Part shown: in pieces, positions 1 to 7,447 of the stretch
Layout: each line of letters begins with the position of its first letter
Numbering within the stretch: the stretch's first letter is position 1
Assembly (NCBI GenBank): GCA_048882325.1
Contig: JBHLRS010000068.1
Coordinates: forward strand, 1 to 10,201
Origin: Candidatus Thorarchaeota archaeon
GTDB taxonomy: Archaea > Asgardarchaeota > Thorarchaeia > Thorarchaeales > Thorarchaeaceae
Direction: 5' to 3'
Length of the DNA: 10,201 bases
Program-made: the position numbers and the translations under genes
The notes under the pieces: model-generated
What the model saw: only the letters and a program-made list of their open reading frames with translations
What the model was told of the DNA's origin: nothing
Databases searched by the model: none

Positions 1-1
1 G

Positions 2-2332
2 AATATCACAATTGACGGAATAACCAATATTCGGCTAGAGAATCGAACAAACCTGTGGTATGTGAATCTCACTGGGAAGTCTCTTGACCTTGGAATACAC
101 AGTATTGTGATTCGAGCCTGGGCTTATGGATACGAGTACAGTGAAACAGTAGAGTTAGTGACTGTAAACGAGGTTGATACAGACACCCTTGATGTTTCAT
201 GGAGCCCAACGAACCTTACCATAGAATATACAGACTCGCTCAATCTGACAGTAGACTATACATTCTACGACGGAGATGTACCAGCTTTCGCAATGGTCAA
301 TGTTTCAATCTCAGGACGCTTCTATGACCTGATGTACTCAGGAGGTTTCTGGAGAGTTTCAATTCCTGGATCGGATCTGAGCATCGGGCTTCACACTGCT
401 ACCATCACTGCATGGCTTTATGGTTATAGGTACCAAATGGATGTCACAACGAACATCAACGTCACTGAGGCGGCAAATTCGTTCCTCGTCACGTGGGAGC
501 CTTGGGACCTTGATGCATCCTATACTGACACTATCAATGCGTCAGTTGTGTATACTCAAGACTTTTCACCAATTGTTGGAGCGACTGTAAGACTCACCAT
601 CAACGGGACTCCACACCTATTGACCTATAGTGCGCTAGATGAAATGTGGCATTTCAGTATGCGAGCCAGTAACATAGGCCTGGGTATTTGGAATGTGACT
701 GTCACAGCTAACAAGACGGGGTATGCTGATGGCTGGGACTCAAGTTTCCTGTCAATATCTCCAGCAAACACCAATCTGACTGTTGTCACATCAGCTGTAG
801 CAATCTATTATGACGAGGGTGTGACAATCGACATCTACTACCAGCTACTTAATGATACTACAGTTCCAGGAGCAACACTGACTTTCACCATAGATGGTCT
901 TTCGCAGGTGGCAACTTGGGACATAGACCATTGGACATACACTGGTAGTGGAGATGCATTGGGTCTAGGAAACCACCTAGTCTATGTACATGTCGTTGCT
1001 TTTGGATTCCAAGCAGCCCAAAGGTCCATTGATATCAACGTGACTTCGATACCGACGTCTGTAACAACTCCTGCAACAATTGTGTCAATATTCGCATACG
1101 ACTCAGTCACAGTTTCATTCACCTGGATCGATGACAAAAATTCGGTCGCCATTGCTGGATTCATACCTGAAGTAAACTGGCCAGATTCATTCACAGTGGT
1201 TGACCTTGGTAATGGAACCTATAATGTCCTGGTAGACAGTACTGCATTACACACAGGACTCTATGAGCTTGAGGTCAATTTTGTAAGAATAGGTTATGTT
1301 AATGGAAGCCAAGTAGTGAATATCGAGCTATATTCGATACCGATTGCTTTGATCTTCCAGGATCAGATTGAACAGTTCGAAAACGAGTCGATTCTCATCG
1401 AAATCGAGATGCTGAACGCACCTCATGCGACCGTGATTGATTGGGGAGAGATTTTGATTGAGCTTGCAGGAGTTCAATACAATCTATTGTACGATTCATC
1501 ATCTGAAACCTACTCAGTAGAGATTTGGCTGAGCACATTGGCACCAGGAAACTACACACTAAACTTCACTGCCTCAGCGATTGACTGTCTTACTGTAATG
1601 GATGAGATTCAACTAGAGATTGCACCCAAAATCGAGTATGAGCTTGTTCTAGCAGTGGATGAAGAAGTACAAGCAGGACACCAGATTCAGATCACAGTTT
1701 TAGCCACATATGAATCAGGAACAGTTGATGGGATGCATCTCACACTCTACATCGTGGTTGAATCAGAGAGAAGTGTTCCAACACAACTTACTGAAACGAT
1801 AACAACAAATATTGAAGGTCTGGCTCTACTGGAGTTCTACGTTCCGTCGGAGGCTACTAGACTTACAATTTGGGCAGAGTTTGATGGTGCAATCGGGGAA
1901 TGGAACGCAGTATCAAACATTGTAATCAGAGAGGTTTCTCCTGCAGGGATAGATATACTCTCTTTCATCATCTCAATCTTCGAGGACCCAGTCACCTTAG
2001 TGTTCATCATAGGTGGCATCGGATTGCCGGTTGGAGGCCTGCTCCTCCGCCGTAGACGAAGGGGACCAAGGACTCCAATCGAACCAATTCCCACTGAAAC
2101 AATCGCTCCACCCGAACCAAGACCCAAAGCCCCAGCTGGCGAAATGGAAATTCTTCAGGACAAGATCAAAGAAAATCCTGTTGGCTTGACACGTGCTCAG
2201 GTAGCGCAGTCACTCGAGATCTCAAAAAGTAAAGCAGGTGCATTGGTGAGGAAACTTCTCGAATCAGATCCCAGATTTGAAGAAATCAAGGAAGGAAGAT
2301 TACGTCTAATTCGGTTTAGAGAAGACGAGTAA
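2..2332 (+). CDS. 5'-truncated large single-pass surface protein: tandem Ig-like repeats, TM helix, Pro-rich linker, C-terminal winged helix-turn-helix
   Basis: The frame is open from base 2 (NITIDGITNIRLENRTNLWYVNLTGK...), so the GTG at 62 is not the real start. ~95-aa beta-rich repeats end in G-x-(H/W/Y)-x-h-x-h-x-A-xxx-G(Y/F). About 19 N-x-S/T sequons by hand count, all N-terminal to the TM. TM VTLVFIIGGIGLPVGGLLL (1991-2047) is followed by RRRRR (2048-2062) and a Pro-rich linker. C-terminus ILQDKIKENPVGLTRAQVAQSLEISKSKAGALVRKLLESDPRFEEIKEGRLRLIRF fits a wHTH pattern. Confidence 0.9.
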   Translation, partial: NITIDGITNIRLENRTNLWYVNLTGKSLDLGIHSIVIRAWAYGYEYSETVELVTVNEVDTDTLDVSWSPTNLTIEYTDSLNLTVDYTFYDGDVPAFAMVNVSISGRFYDLMYSGGFWRVSIPGSDLSIGLHTATITAWLYGYRYQMDVTTNINVTEAANSFLVTWEPWDLDASYTDTINASVVYTQDFSPIVGATVRLTINGTPHLLTYSALDEMWHFSMRASNIGLGIWNVTVTANKTGYADGWDSSFLSISPANTNLTVVTSAVAIYYDEGVTIDIYYQLLNDTTVPGATLTFTIDGLSQVATWDIDHWTYTGSGDALGLGNHLVYVHVVAFGFQAAQRSIDINVTSIPTSVTTPATIVSIFAYDSVTVSFTWIDDKNSVAIAGFIPEVNWPDSFTVVDLGNGTYNVLVDSTALHTGLYELEVNFVRIGYVNGSQVVNIELYSIPIALIFQDQIEQFENESILIEIEMLNAPHATVIDWGEILIELAGVQYNLLYDSSSETYSVEIWLSTLAPGNYTLNFTASAIDCLTVMDEIQLEIAPKIEYELVLAVDEEVQAGHQIQITVLATYESGTVDGMHLTLYIVVESERSVPTQLTETITTNIEGLALLEFYVPSEATRLTIWAEFDGAIGEWNAVSNIVIREVSPAGIDILSFIISIFEDPVTLVFIIGGIGLPVGGLLLRRRRRGPRTPIEPIPTETIAPPEPRPKAPAGEMEILQDKIKENPVGLTRAQVAQSLEISKSKAGALVRKLLESDPRFEEIKEGRLRLIRFREDE
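180..1620 (+). repeat. About five degenerate protein-level Ig-like repeats (~285-300 nt each) in ORF1; boundaries approximate
   Basis: Recurrent end motifs GLHTATITAWLYGY, GIWNVTVTANKTGY, GNHLVYVHVVAFGF, GLYELEVNFVRIGY and GNYTLNFTASAID, plus a partial unit GIHSIVIRAWAYGY at the window start. No obvious nucleotide-level identity between units. Confidence 0.75.
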
Positions 2333-2390
2333 TCGAATTTCTGCGATAAATGCGATTGAATCAAATCAGGATAAGTATTTCAATAAAAAT

Positions 2391-2514
2391 TCAACAGAAC
2401 AAGAAAACTGGCACTAACTATCTGTTGATTCATCGCATCAACATGTAATAATCAACAAGTATAGTTGATATGTGCAGTTTACGTGCCACCAATCACATGT
2501 TGATGCATCGATGC
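2391..2514. promoter_or_regulatory. Inverted-repeat-rich intergenic element upstream of the 1514-aa gene (candidate structured leader RNA or operator array)
   Basis: Perfect 12-bp IR GCATCAACATGT (2435-2446)/ACATGTTGATGC (2495-2506). Imperfect hairpin pairing 2405-2430 with 2450-2480. 8-bp IR 2391-2398/2421-2428. Palindrome GCATCGATGC at 2505-2514. The repeats are directly visible; the regulatory role is inferred. Confidence 0.45.
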
Positions 2515-2534
2515 TAGATAAATGAGGCTACAAA

Positions 2535-5500
2535 ATGAAACGGGTCTTAATTCCACTCTTGATACTTGCAATCATTCTTTCAGTCCCTTATGCAAGTCAA
2601 ATCAACCAATCCCCAATAGAAGATATTGATTTAGACCGACCTGAAGCGGATATTACGACCCTGTCAGCTGCAGGAGCTAGTGGTAGCAACATTGTTACAT
2701 TGCAATACATGTCGAGAGCACTAAGTGGAAATCAGTTTGGCATTTTCAACTCCTACACCGATTCGTCTCACAATGGAGTTATAGATCTCTCAAGCTATCA
2801 GGTTTCAGGATGGACACTATATGCAGTAGATGTGTCTGCCACAGGGATAGCGGCAACTGCTGAAAGAGTTTCATTGAATGTTATTAAGAACAATGACATA
2901 ATAATAGAGAATGACACTCTTGGTAGTTCTCTAACTACTGATGCCCTCTATCAAGCATTTTACAATTTACCTCATGATGGAAAACTAGAGAACTATAGTA
3001 TAACATACTCTTCACCATATTATCAACCAAGTCAGCTAGGATATGCGTTTATAGTGATTCGGAGTGATTATGCAAGTTTGAGTGCAAATGAAACCAGTTT
3101 CATTTCCCCCTTTATTCAGACTCTCTCAGACACCGTTGTTACCCACGATGTTTCAGCAGATAATGCAATCCTGAATGCAAGTACATACTACTATACGGTG
3201 ATTGATGGCACTGGAATGACTGGACAATTCGCAGCTGGTCAATGGTGGTTCAACAAGATATTCTGGCGGGCTGAAGATTCCTCAACTAATCCCACAGGTT
3301 ATCATCTGTGGGATGACAACAACTGGTATCTGTATCAGGGAGCTTTCCAACGCGAAGCAGATCTCAATTACACCTACACTCCTTGGAACAAGACTTCCGG
3401 TGCACCACTTACCTACCCCTCCGCTGAGTCTATATCTCTCAATGGCAACTCAACTCCTCTTGCTGGAACCACCTGGTCATTCTCATTAGGCAGAAACATC
3501 ACACAACTAACTTTCCAGTCAAACCAGTCAGTGATAATCGACTACAACATCACTCTATGGTATAGAGAGAATGGTATTGCAAGTACAACTTGGAGTGCTC
3601 AGACACCAGGTGCAAGTGTTGAGTGGAACGCCACCACAACTATCTCATATCCTGCATTATCTGGAATTCTAGTGAGATTTCTTGATTATACAGTGCAAAC
3701 AGACTGGACTCCAATAGCCTTGTACAACGGAACTAATTTGGTATTAGGTACTCACACGAAAATTGGAACAACTGTTACATGTACAGATATGACGGATGGA
3801 ACATGGAGATTGTCATCATCCGCTCCAAACTATGTCGGTAATATTGCCTTGAGCGGTGTCACAAAGGGTAAGGTCAGTCATCTGACAGATATGACCATCA
3901 ACGCCACGATAGAAGATAGCGGCAAAACACCAATGACTGGGGGTACCACAAACCTCACTGTTCTACGAGGCATAAGCAGTGTCTATAGTCCTGCAGTGAT
4001 ACCAGCATCTGCGGGATTGGCCAGTTTCTTCTGGGACATCAATGCCACAACTTGGAATGGTACGCACTCAATAGAGGTCTTCTGGACCAATGGACTTGAA
4101 GCGGGATACAACTTGACAGAGGTGTTTGTCTATCACCCAACAACTCTAGTAGCAGATGACGCCTTCATCAACGCCTATGCTGAGAACAGTTTTGGAATTG
4201 GTGTGAACTTCGATCGCAATTGGACTCTGATGGGTCTTGATGGAACCTATGCAGCTGTAACATACTCGTTCGACGGTGGTGCTAACACGAATCTTACTGA
4301 CCAGACTGGAGGTAGATGGACTGCAACAGTATCTACAGCAGGAAAGACTGACGGTACATATCTGCTCTATGTCTATGCTGAGGGATTTGCTCTTGAGAAT
4401 CAGAGCCTTATGATTACGGTAGACCTTGTTTTTCAGACACAAGCGCTTAACATTAGCTGGTCAAATACCAATGATATAGAGTATCTTGAATATACCAACC
4501 TCTCTGTCACCTATCGATTCATGAATGACACAAGAGTTGCAGGGGCCACAGTCACAGTTACATTCCAGAGTCAGACCTATCCAATGACCTGGGATCCATT
4601 GACAAAAACCTACTGGATTGCACTGACAGGTGAGAATTTCACAGGAGTTCCAGGCACGTTCAATTTGAATGTCACTGCAACAAGAGTGGGTTTTGAGTCA
4701 CAGACTGATAATACAATCACAATCACAATAGGAAGTCAAACTGGAGAAGTTTTCAGTGTGACATACAACCCAGGAACTCTGAACATTTCGTACATTGAAA
4801 CTCTGTTTATTCAAGTCACCTATGACTACAATTCTTCACCAATTATGAGTAACACCGTGGTGCGGGTCCTCTTCAATGGGTCAGCTCCTGTTGACCTTGT
4901 TTACAATGCAACCTCATTGAAGTGGGAAACCACACTATTGGGTAGCAACTACTTCGGAGCTTGGGATATCATTGTAAGAGCCACAGCCACTGGTTATACC
5001 ACCCGTGATGATAACAGGATTTTCATTGTGCATGAGGACATCCCATTCATAGACAGTGACATGCCTGGATATCATGTAATAACTGATTATGACACCAGTG
5101 TGGCTTTTTCGATCTTTGTCACCGATTCAACTGGTAGTCCAATCAGTGATGCTAATGTATCGTTTACAGCCTTTGGCTCATTCAGGTTCAACACTACTGG
5201 TAATGGTGGAGAATATGCATTTTCGATTTCTCCATGGACAACACCGGGACACCATGTGTTTACTGTAACTGTCGAGAGGACAGGATACACCACTCGCCAA
5301 CTGACTCTCAACATCACAGTAAATGCTACAACATCTATATCATTCGAAATCAGTTCATATGATGAGTATGAGCAGTGGGACCTTACAATCAATGTGTTGT
5401 ATCGGGATAGTGAACATCTAACACCTATTCTCGATGCTGTTGTGAACGTCACCATTGATGGTACTGTTTATCCTTGCCAGTATGTGGGTCCCTTCTATCA

Positions 5501-7079
5501 AGTCAATGTGACTTTGGACTTGGCACCTGGTTCATACATAATGTATGCATCTGGTTCTGCACAGTTTGCAAATTCAGAAACCAATCAGGCAGACCTGATT
5601 GTAGAAGCAAAAGATGTGGTGCATATCCAAATCGTATTTGAACCACCTCAAGTAGTTGCAGGAGAACTCATGGTGGTTCGTGCAACTCTCATCAACAATG
5701 CAACATTGGATGCAGTATCAGGTATTGACATACACTTTGCAATCTCAATCTTCTATGCAAATGGAACCGTCCTTACCTACGATGATGCAAGTCAGATGGA
5801 TAGAACTAATAACGAGGGTATAGCCACCTATAGCTTCGAGATTCCTGAAGGACAGATTGAATCGCTATCAGCCACAGCTACATACGATGGCGAACGCGAA
5901 ATTTGGGGTACATCGACCACTAAAACTACTGGTGTCACTGTTGGAATTCTATCACTCCTTTTCTCATTCCTTATGAGTGACATTGGACTCATGATCATCC
6001 TTTCATTTGTTGTCTTGGGAATCGTGGCTGCGGCATATAACCGTGGAGTGAAGCCTAAGAAGAAGGCTGCAAAACGCAGTCTAGAGAATCAACTTCATAT
6101 GTTCAAAGACCTTGAAACAGTTCAACACTTCATGGCTGTTTATCTTGACAGAGGAACATGCGTCTTTTATCATCCCTTCACTGAGGACAGAATCCAGCCA
6201 GACTTAATCAGTGGATTCATTGCTGCCATCACCAGTGTCTATGGTGAGATTAAGGGAGATGGCGTCAGGGGAACTCTAGAGGAGATTCAGTATCACGGAT
6301 TACGACTCAACAGCTACAGTGGGCAATACATCATTGGCATCCTCATACTTGAGGGTGAGATGACACCACTTCTCAGGGAGAGACTTCAGTTCTTCGTAGA
6401 GTTGTTTGAGAACCAATACGATCAGGACCTTGATGGTTGGACAGGACTCGTCGACTGTTTTGATCCAGAATGGGTTGTTTCGACCCTGAACTCAGCCTTC
6501 AACTATGCTTGGCACCTGCCTCACAGGTTTGGTCCAACTCAGAAGGTGACTAAGACTGACGCAAAGATTCTGGACTATATTGGAGCTGTCCGTGATGACA
6601 GGAGTGAGTTCTATATTAAAGATCTTCTAACACCCCTTGCTGAAATGTTAGAGAAGACTGAGGCAGAGGTATTGGACCGACTTTTGTTTCTCCAAGACAG
6701 AGGGGTTATTGTGCCAATCGGAATTCAAACAATTCTCCAGCGACAAGGACTGGCATTAGTGAACGGGTCTGAACAACCAATTGCTGCACCTCCTCTAGTA
6801 GTCGAAGAACCCACTACAGTTGACGAGGGACCAAGGCCTGAAGAAGAACTACAGTTTGATGAGTTCGAAGAAGAACTAGTGGAGGAATCCAAGGCCGAAG
6901 TAGTTGAGGAGCCAGAACCTAAAGAAGACGCAATGGAATCTTTTGTCCAAGATGTCGAATCCCTTCTTACTGAACAAGCTAAAACAGAAGAGGAGGAGGA
7001 CATTGACGAGGAAGAAGATGAGCTTGCCAAGTTTGCGAAGGAACTGAGAGAGAAGATTGGGGAAGACGAGGACAACTAA
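2535..7079 (+). CDS. Type I membrane protein: signal peptide, beta-rich head, ~7 Ig-like units, TM, cytoplasmic longin-like domain, winged-helix-like domain, acidic tail
   Basis: Signal peptide MKRVLIPLLILAIILSVPYA. Thr/Ser/Asn-rich ectodomain with many sequons. TM IGLMIILSFVVLGIVAAAY (~5982-6038, aa ~1150-1168) followed by basic KPKKKAAKR. Segment QHFMAVYLDRGTCVFYHPF...DLISGFIAAITSVYGEI...LEEIQYHGLRLNSYSGQYIIGILIL...LRERLQFFVELFENQY shows the beta-beta-alpha-beta-beta-beta-alpha order of longin domains. EFYIKDLL...EKTEAEVLDRLLFLQDRGVIVPI is wH-like. E/D-rich C-terminus. Confidence 0.9.
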   Translation: MKRVLIPLLILAIILSVPYASQINQSPIEDIDLDRPEADITTLSAAGASGSNIVTLQYMSRALSGNQFGIFNSYTDSSHNGVIDLSSYQVSGWTLYAVDVSATGIAATAERVSLNVIKNNDIIIENDTLGSSLTTDALYQAFYNLPHDGKLENYSITYSSPYYQPSQLGYAFIVIRSDYASLSANETSFISPFIQTLSDTVVTHDVSADNAILNASTYYYTVIDGTGMTGQFAAGQWWFNKIFWRAEDSSTNPTGYHLWDDNNWYLYQGAFQREADLNYTYTPWNKTSGAPLTYPSAESISLNGNSTPLAGTTWSFSLGRNITQLTFQSNQSVIIDYNITLWYRENGIASTTWSAQTPGASVEWNATTTISYPALSGILVRFLDYTVQTDWTPIALYNGTNLVLGTHTKIGTTVTCTDMTDGTWRLSSSAPNYVGNIALSGVTKGKVSHLTDMTINATIEDSGKTPMTGGTTNLTVLRGISSVYSPAVIPASAGLASFFWDINATTWNGTHSIEVFWTNGLEAGYNLTEVFVYHPTTLVADDAFINAYAENSFGIGVNFDRNWTLMGLDGTYAAVTYSFDGGANTNLTDQTGGRWTATVSTAGKTDGTYLLYVYAEGFALENQSLMITVDLVFQTQALNISWSNTNDIEYLEYTNLSVTYRFMNDTRVAGATVTVTFQSQTYPMTWDPLTKTYWIALTGENFTGVPGTFNLNVTATRVGFESQTDNTITITIGSQTGEVFSVTYNPGTLNISYIETLFIQVTYDYNSSPIMSNTVVRVLFNGSAPVDLVYNATSLKWETTLLGSNYFGAWDIIVRATATGYTTRDDNRIFIVHEDIPFIDSDMPGYHVITDYDTSVAFSIFVTDSTGSPISDANVSFTAFGSFRFNTTGNGGEYAFSISPWTTPGHHVFTVTVERTGYTTRQLTLNITVNATTSISFEISSYDEYEQWDLTINVLYRDSEHLTPILDAVVNVTIDGTVYPCQYVGPFYQVNVTLDLAPGSYIMYASGSAQFANSETNQADLIVEAKDVVHIQIVFEPPQVVAGELMVVRATLINNATLDAVSGIDIHFAISIFYANGTVLTYDDASQMDRTNNEGIATYSFEIPEGQIESLSATATYDGEREIWGTSTTKTTGVTVGILSLLFSFLMSDIGLMIILSFVVLGIVAAAYNRGVKPKKKAAKRSLENQLHMFKDLETVQHFMAVYLDRGTCVFYHPFTEDRIQPDLISGFIAAITSVYGEIKGDGVRGTLEEIQYHGLRLNSYSGQYIIGILILEGEMTPLLRERLQFFVELFENQYDQDLDGWTGLVDCFDPEWVVSTLNSAFNYAWHLPHRFGPTQKVTKTDAKILDYIGAVRDDRSEFYIKDLLTPLAEMLEKTEAEVLDRLLFLQDRGVIVPIGIQTILQRQGLALVNGSEQPIAAPPLVVEEPTTVDEGPRPEEELQFDEFEEELVEESKAEVVEEPEPKEDAMESFVQDVESLLTEQAKTEEEEDIDEEEDELAKFAKELREKIGEDEDN
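3867..5940 (+). repeat. About seven degenerate Ig-like units in the ORF2 stalk; boundaries approximate
   Basis: End motifs GTHSIEVFWTNG, GTYLLYVYAEGF, GTFNLNVTATRVGF, GAWDIIVRATATGY, GHHVFTVTVERTGY and GSYIMYASGSAQF at ~95-100 aa spacing. Same repeat type as in ORF1. Confidence 0.75.
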
Positions 7080-7135
7080 AACTAAGCCAAGAACACTTAT
7101 CTATCCCTCTTTGAGGACAGGAGTCGTGTGTAGAG

Positions 7136-7447
7136 ATGCCTTGGGCAGTAGACAATTACAACATACTTGACGGACGCATACTGCGTGTTGAGATCACTGT
7201 TCCTTTGATGGAGTTCATGTATCTCAACATTGATGATGTAAAGACAGCATGGATCAAATTCTTGGGTCAATTCATCTCTGAGCAACCAGGGATAGACATG
7301 TCCTGGGAGATGGCACCACGAGATGACAATGCTTTGGTCACTCTCAAGATTGCTAAGACTGGTGACCTCCCCGAGTTCAGTCCCGAGGAAGCAATAGGCG
7401 CTCTGGACGCAGTTGATGCTTTGTTCGATAATGCAGGAATTAGCTAA
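7136..7447 (+). CDS. Small acidic hypothetical protein (103 aa), predicted alpha/beta and soluble
   Basis: ATG start 56 nt after the ORF2 stop, with purine-rich GAGGACAGGAG upstream (7113-7123). Protein-like amphipathic patterning. Fills the gap up to the convergent gene. Family not recognised. Confidence 0.75.
   Translation: MPWAVDNYNILDGRILRVEITVPLMEFMYLNIDDVKTAWIKFLGQFISEQPGIDMSWEMAPRDDNALVTLKIAKTGDLPEFSPEEAIGALDAVDALFDNAGIS

Noticed and set aside
62-64. GTG start called for ORF1
   Set aside because: The frame is open to the window edge, it lies mid-repeat, and no signal peptide follows. The gene starts upstream.
982-2127. Minus-strand ORFs 982-1194 and 1837-2127
   Set aside because: Antisense shadows lying wholly inside ORF1 with no recognisable motifs.
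2333-2534. CRISPR mini-array, tRNA or MITE in the spacer
   Set aside because: No regularly spaced 25-40 bp direct repeats, no cloverleaf or T-loop consensus, and no target-site duplication flanking the 12-bp IR. A decayed element cannot be fully excluded.
4146-5455. Minus-strand ORFs 4146-4442 and 5087-5455
   Set aside because: Antisense shadows of ORF2.
2-5940. Diversity-generating retroelement target/template repeats in the Ig-repeat genes
   Set aside because: No near-identical nucleotide repeat pair differing at adenines was noticed by eye, and there is no reverse transcriptase in the window. A self dot-plot would confirm.
6725-7075. Ser-rich minus-strand ORF and GAA/GAG-rich low-complexity DNA
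   Set aside because: Simply the reverse complement of the Glu/Asp codons of the ORF2 acidic tail. Not a gene or a microsatellite.
7097-7285. 62-aa minus-strand ORF
   Set aside because: Overlaps the better-supported 103-aa + strand gene and has no independent support.
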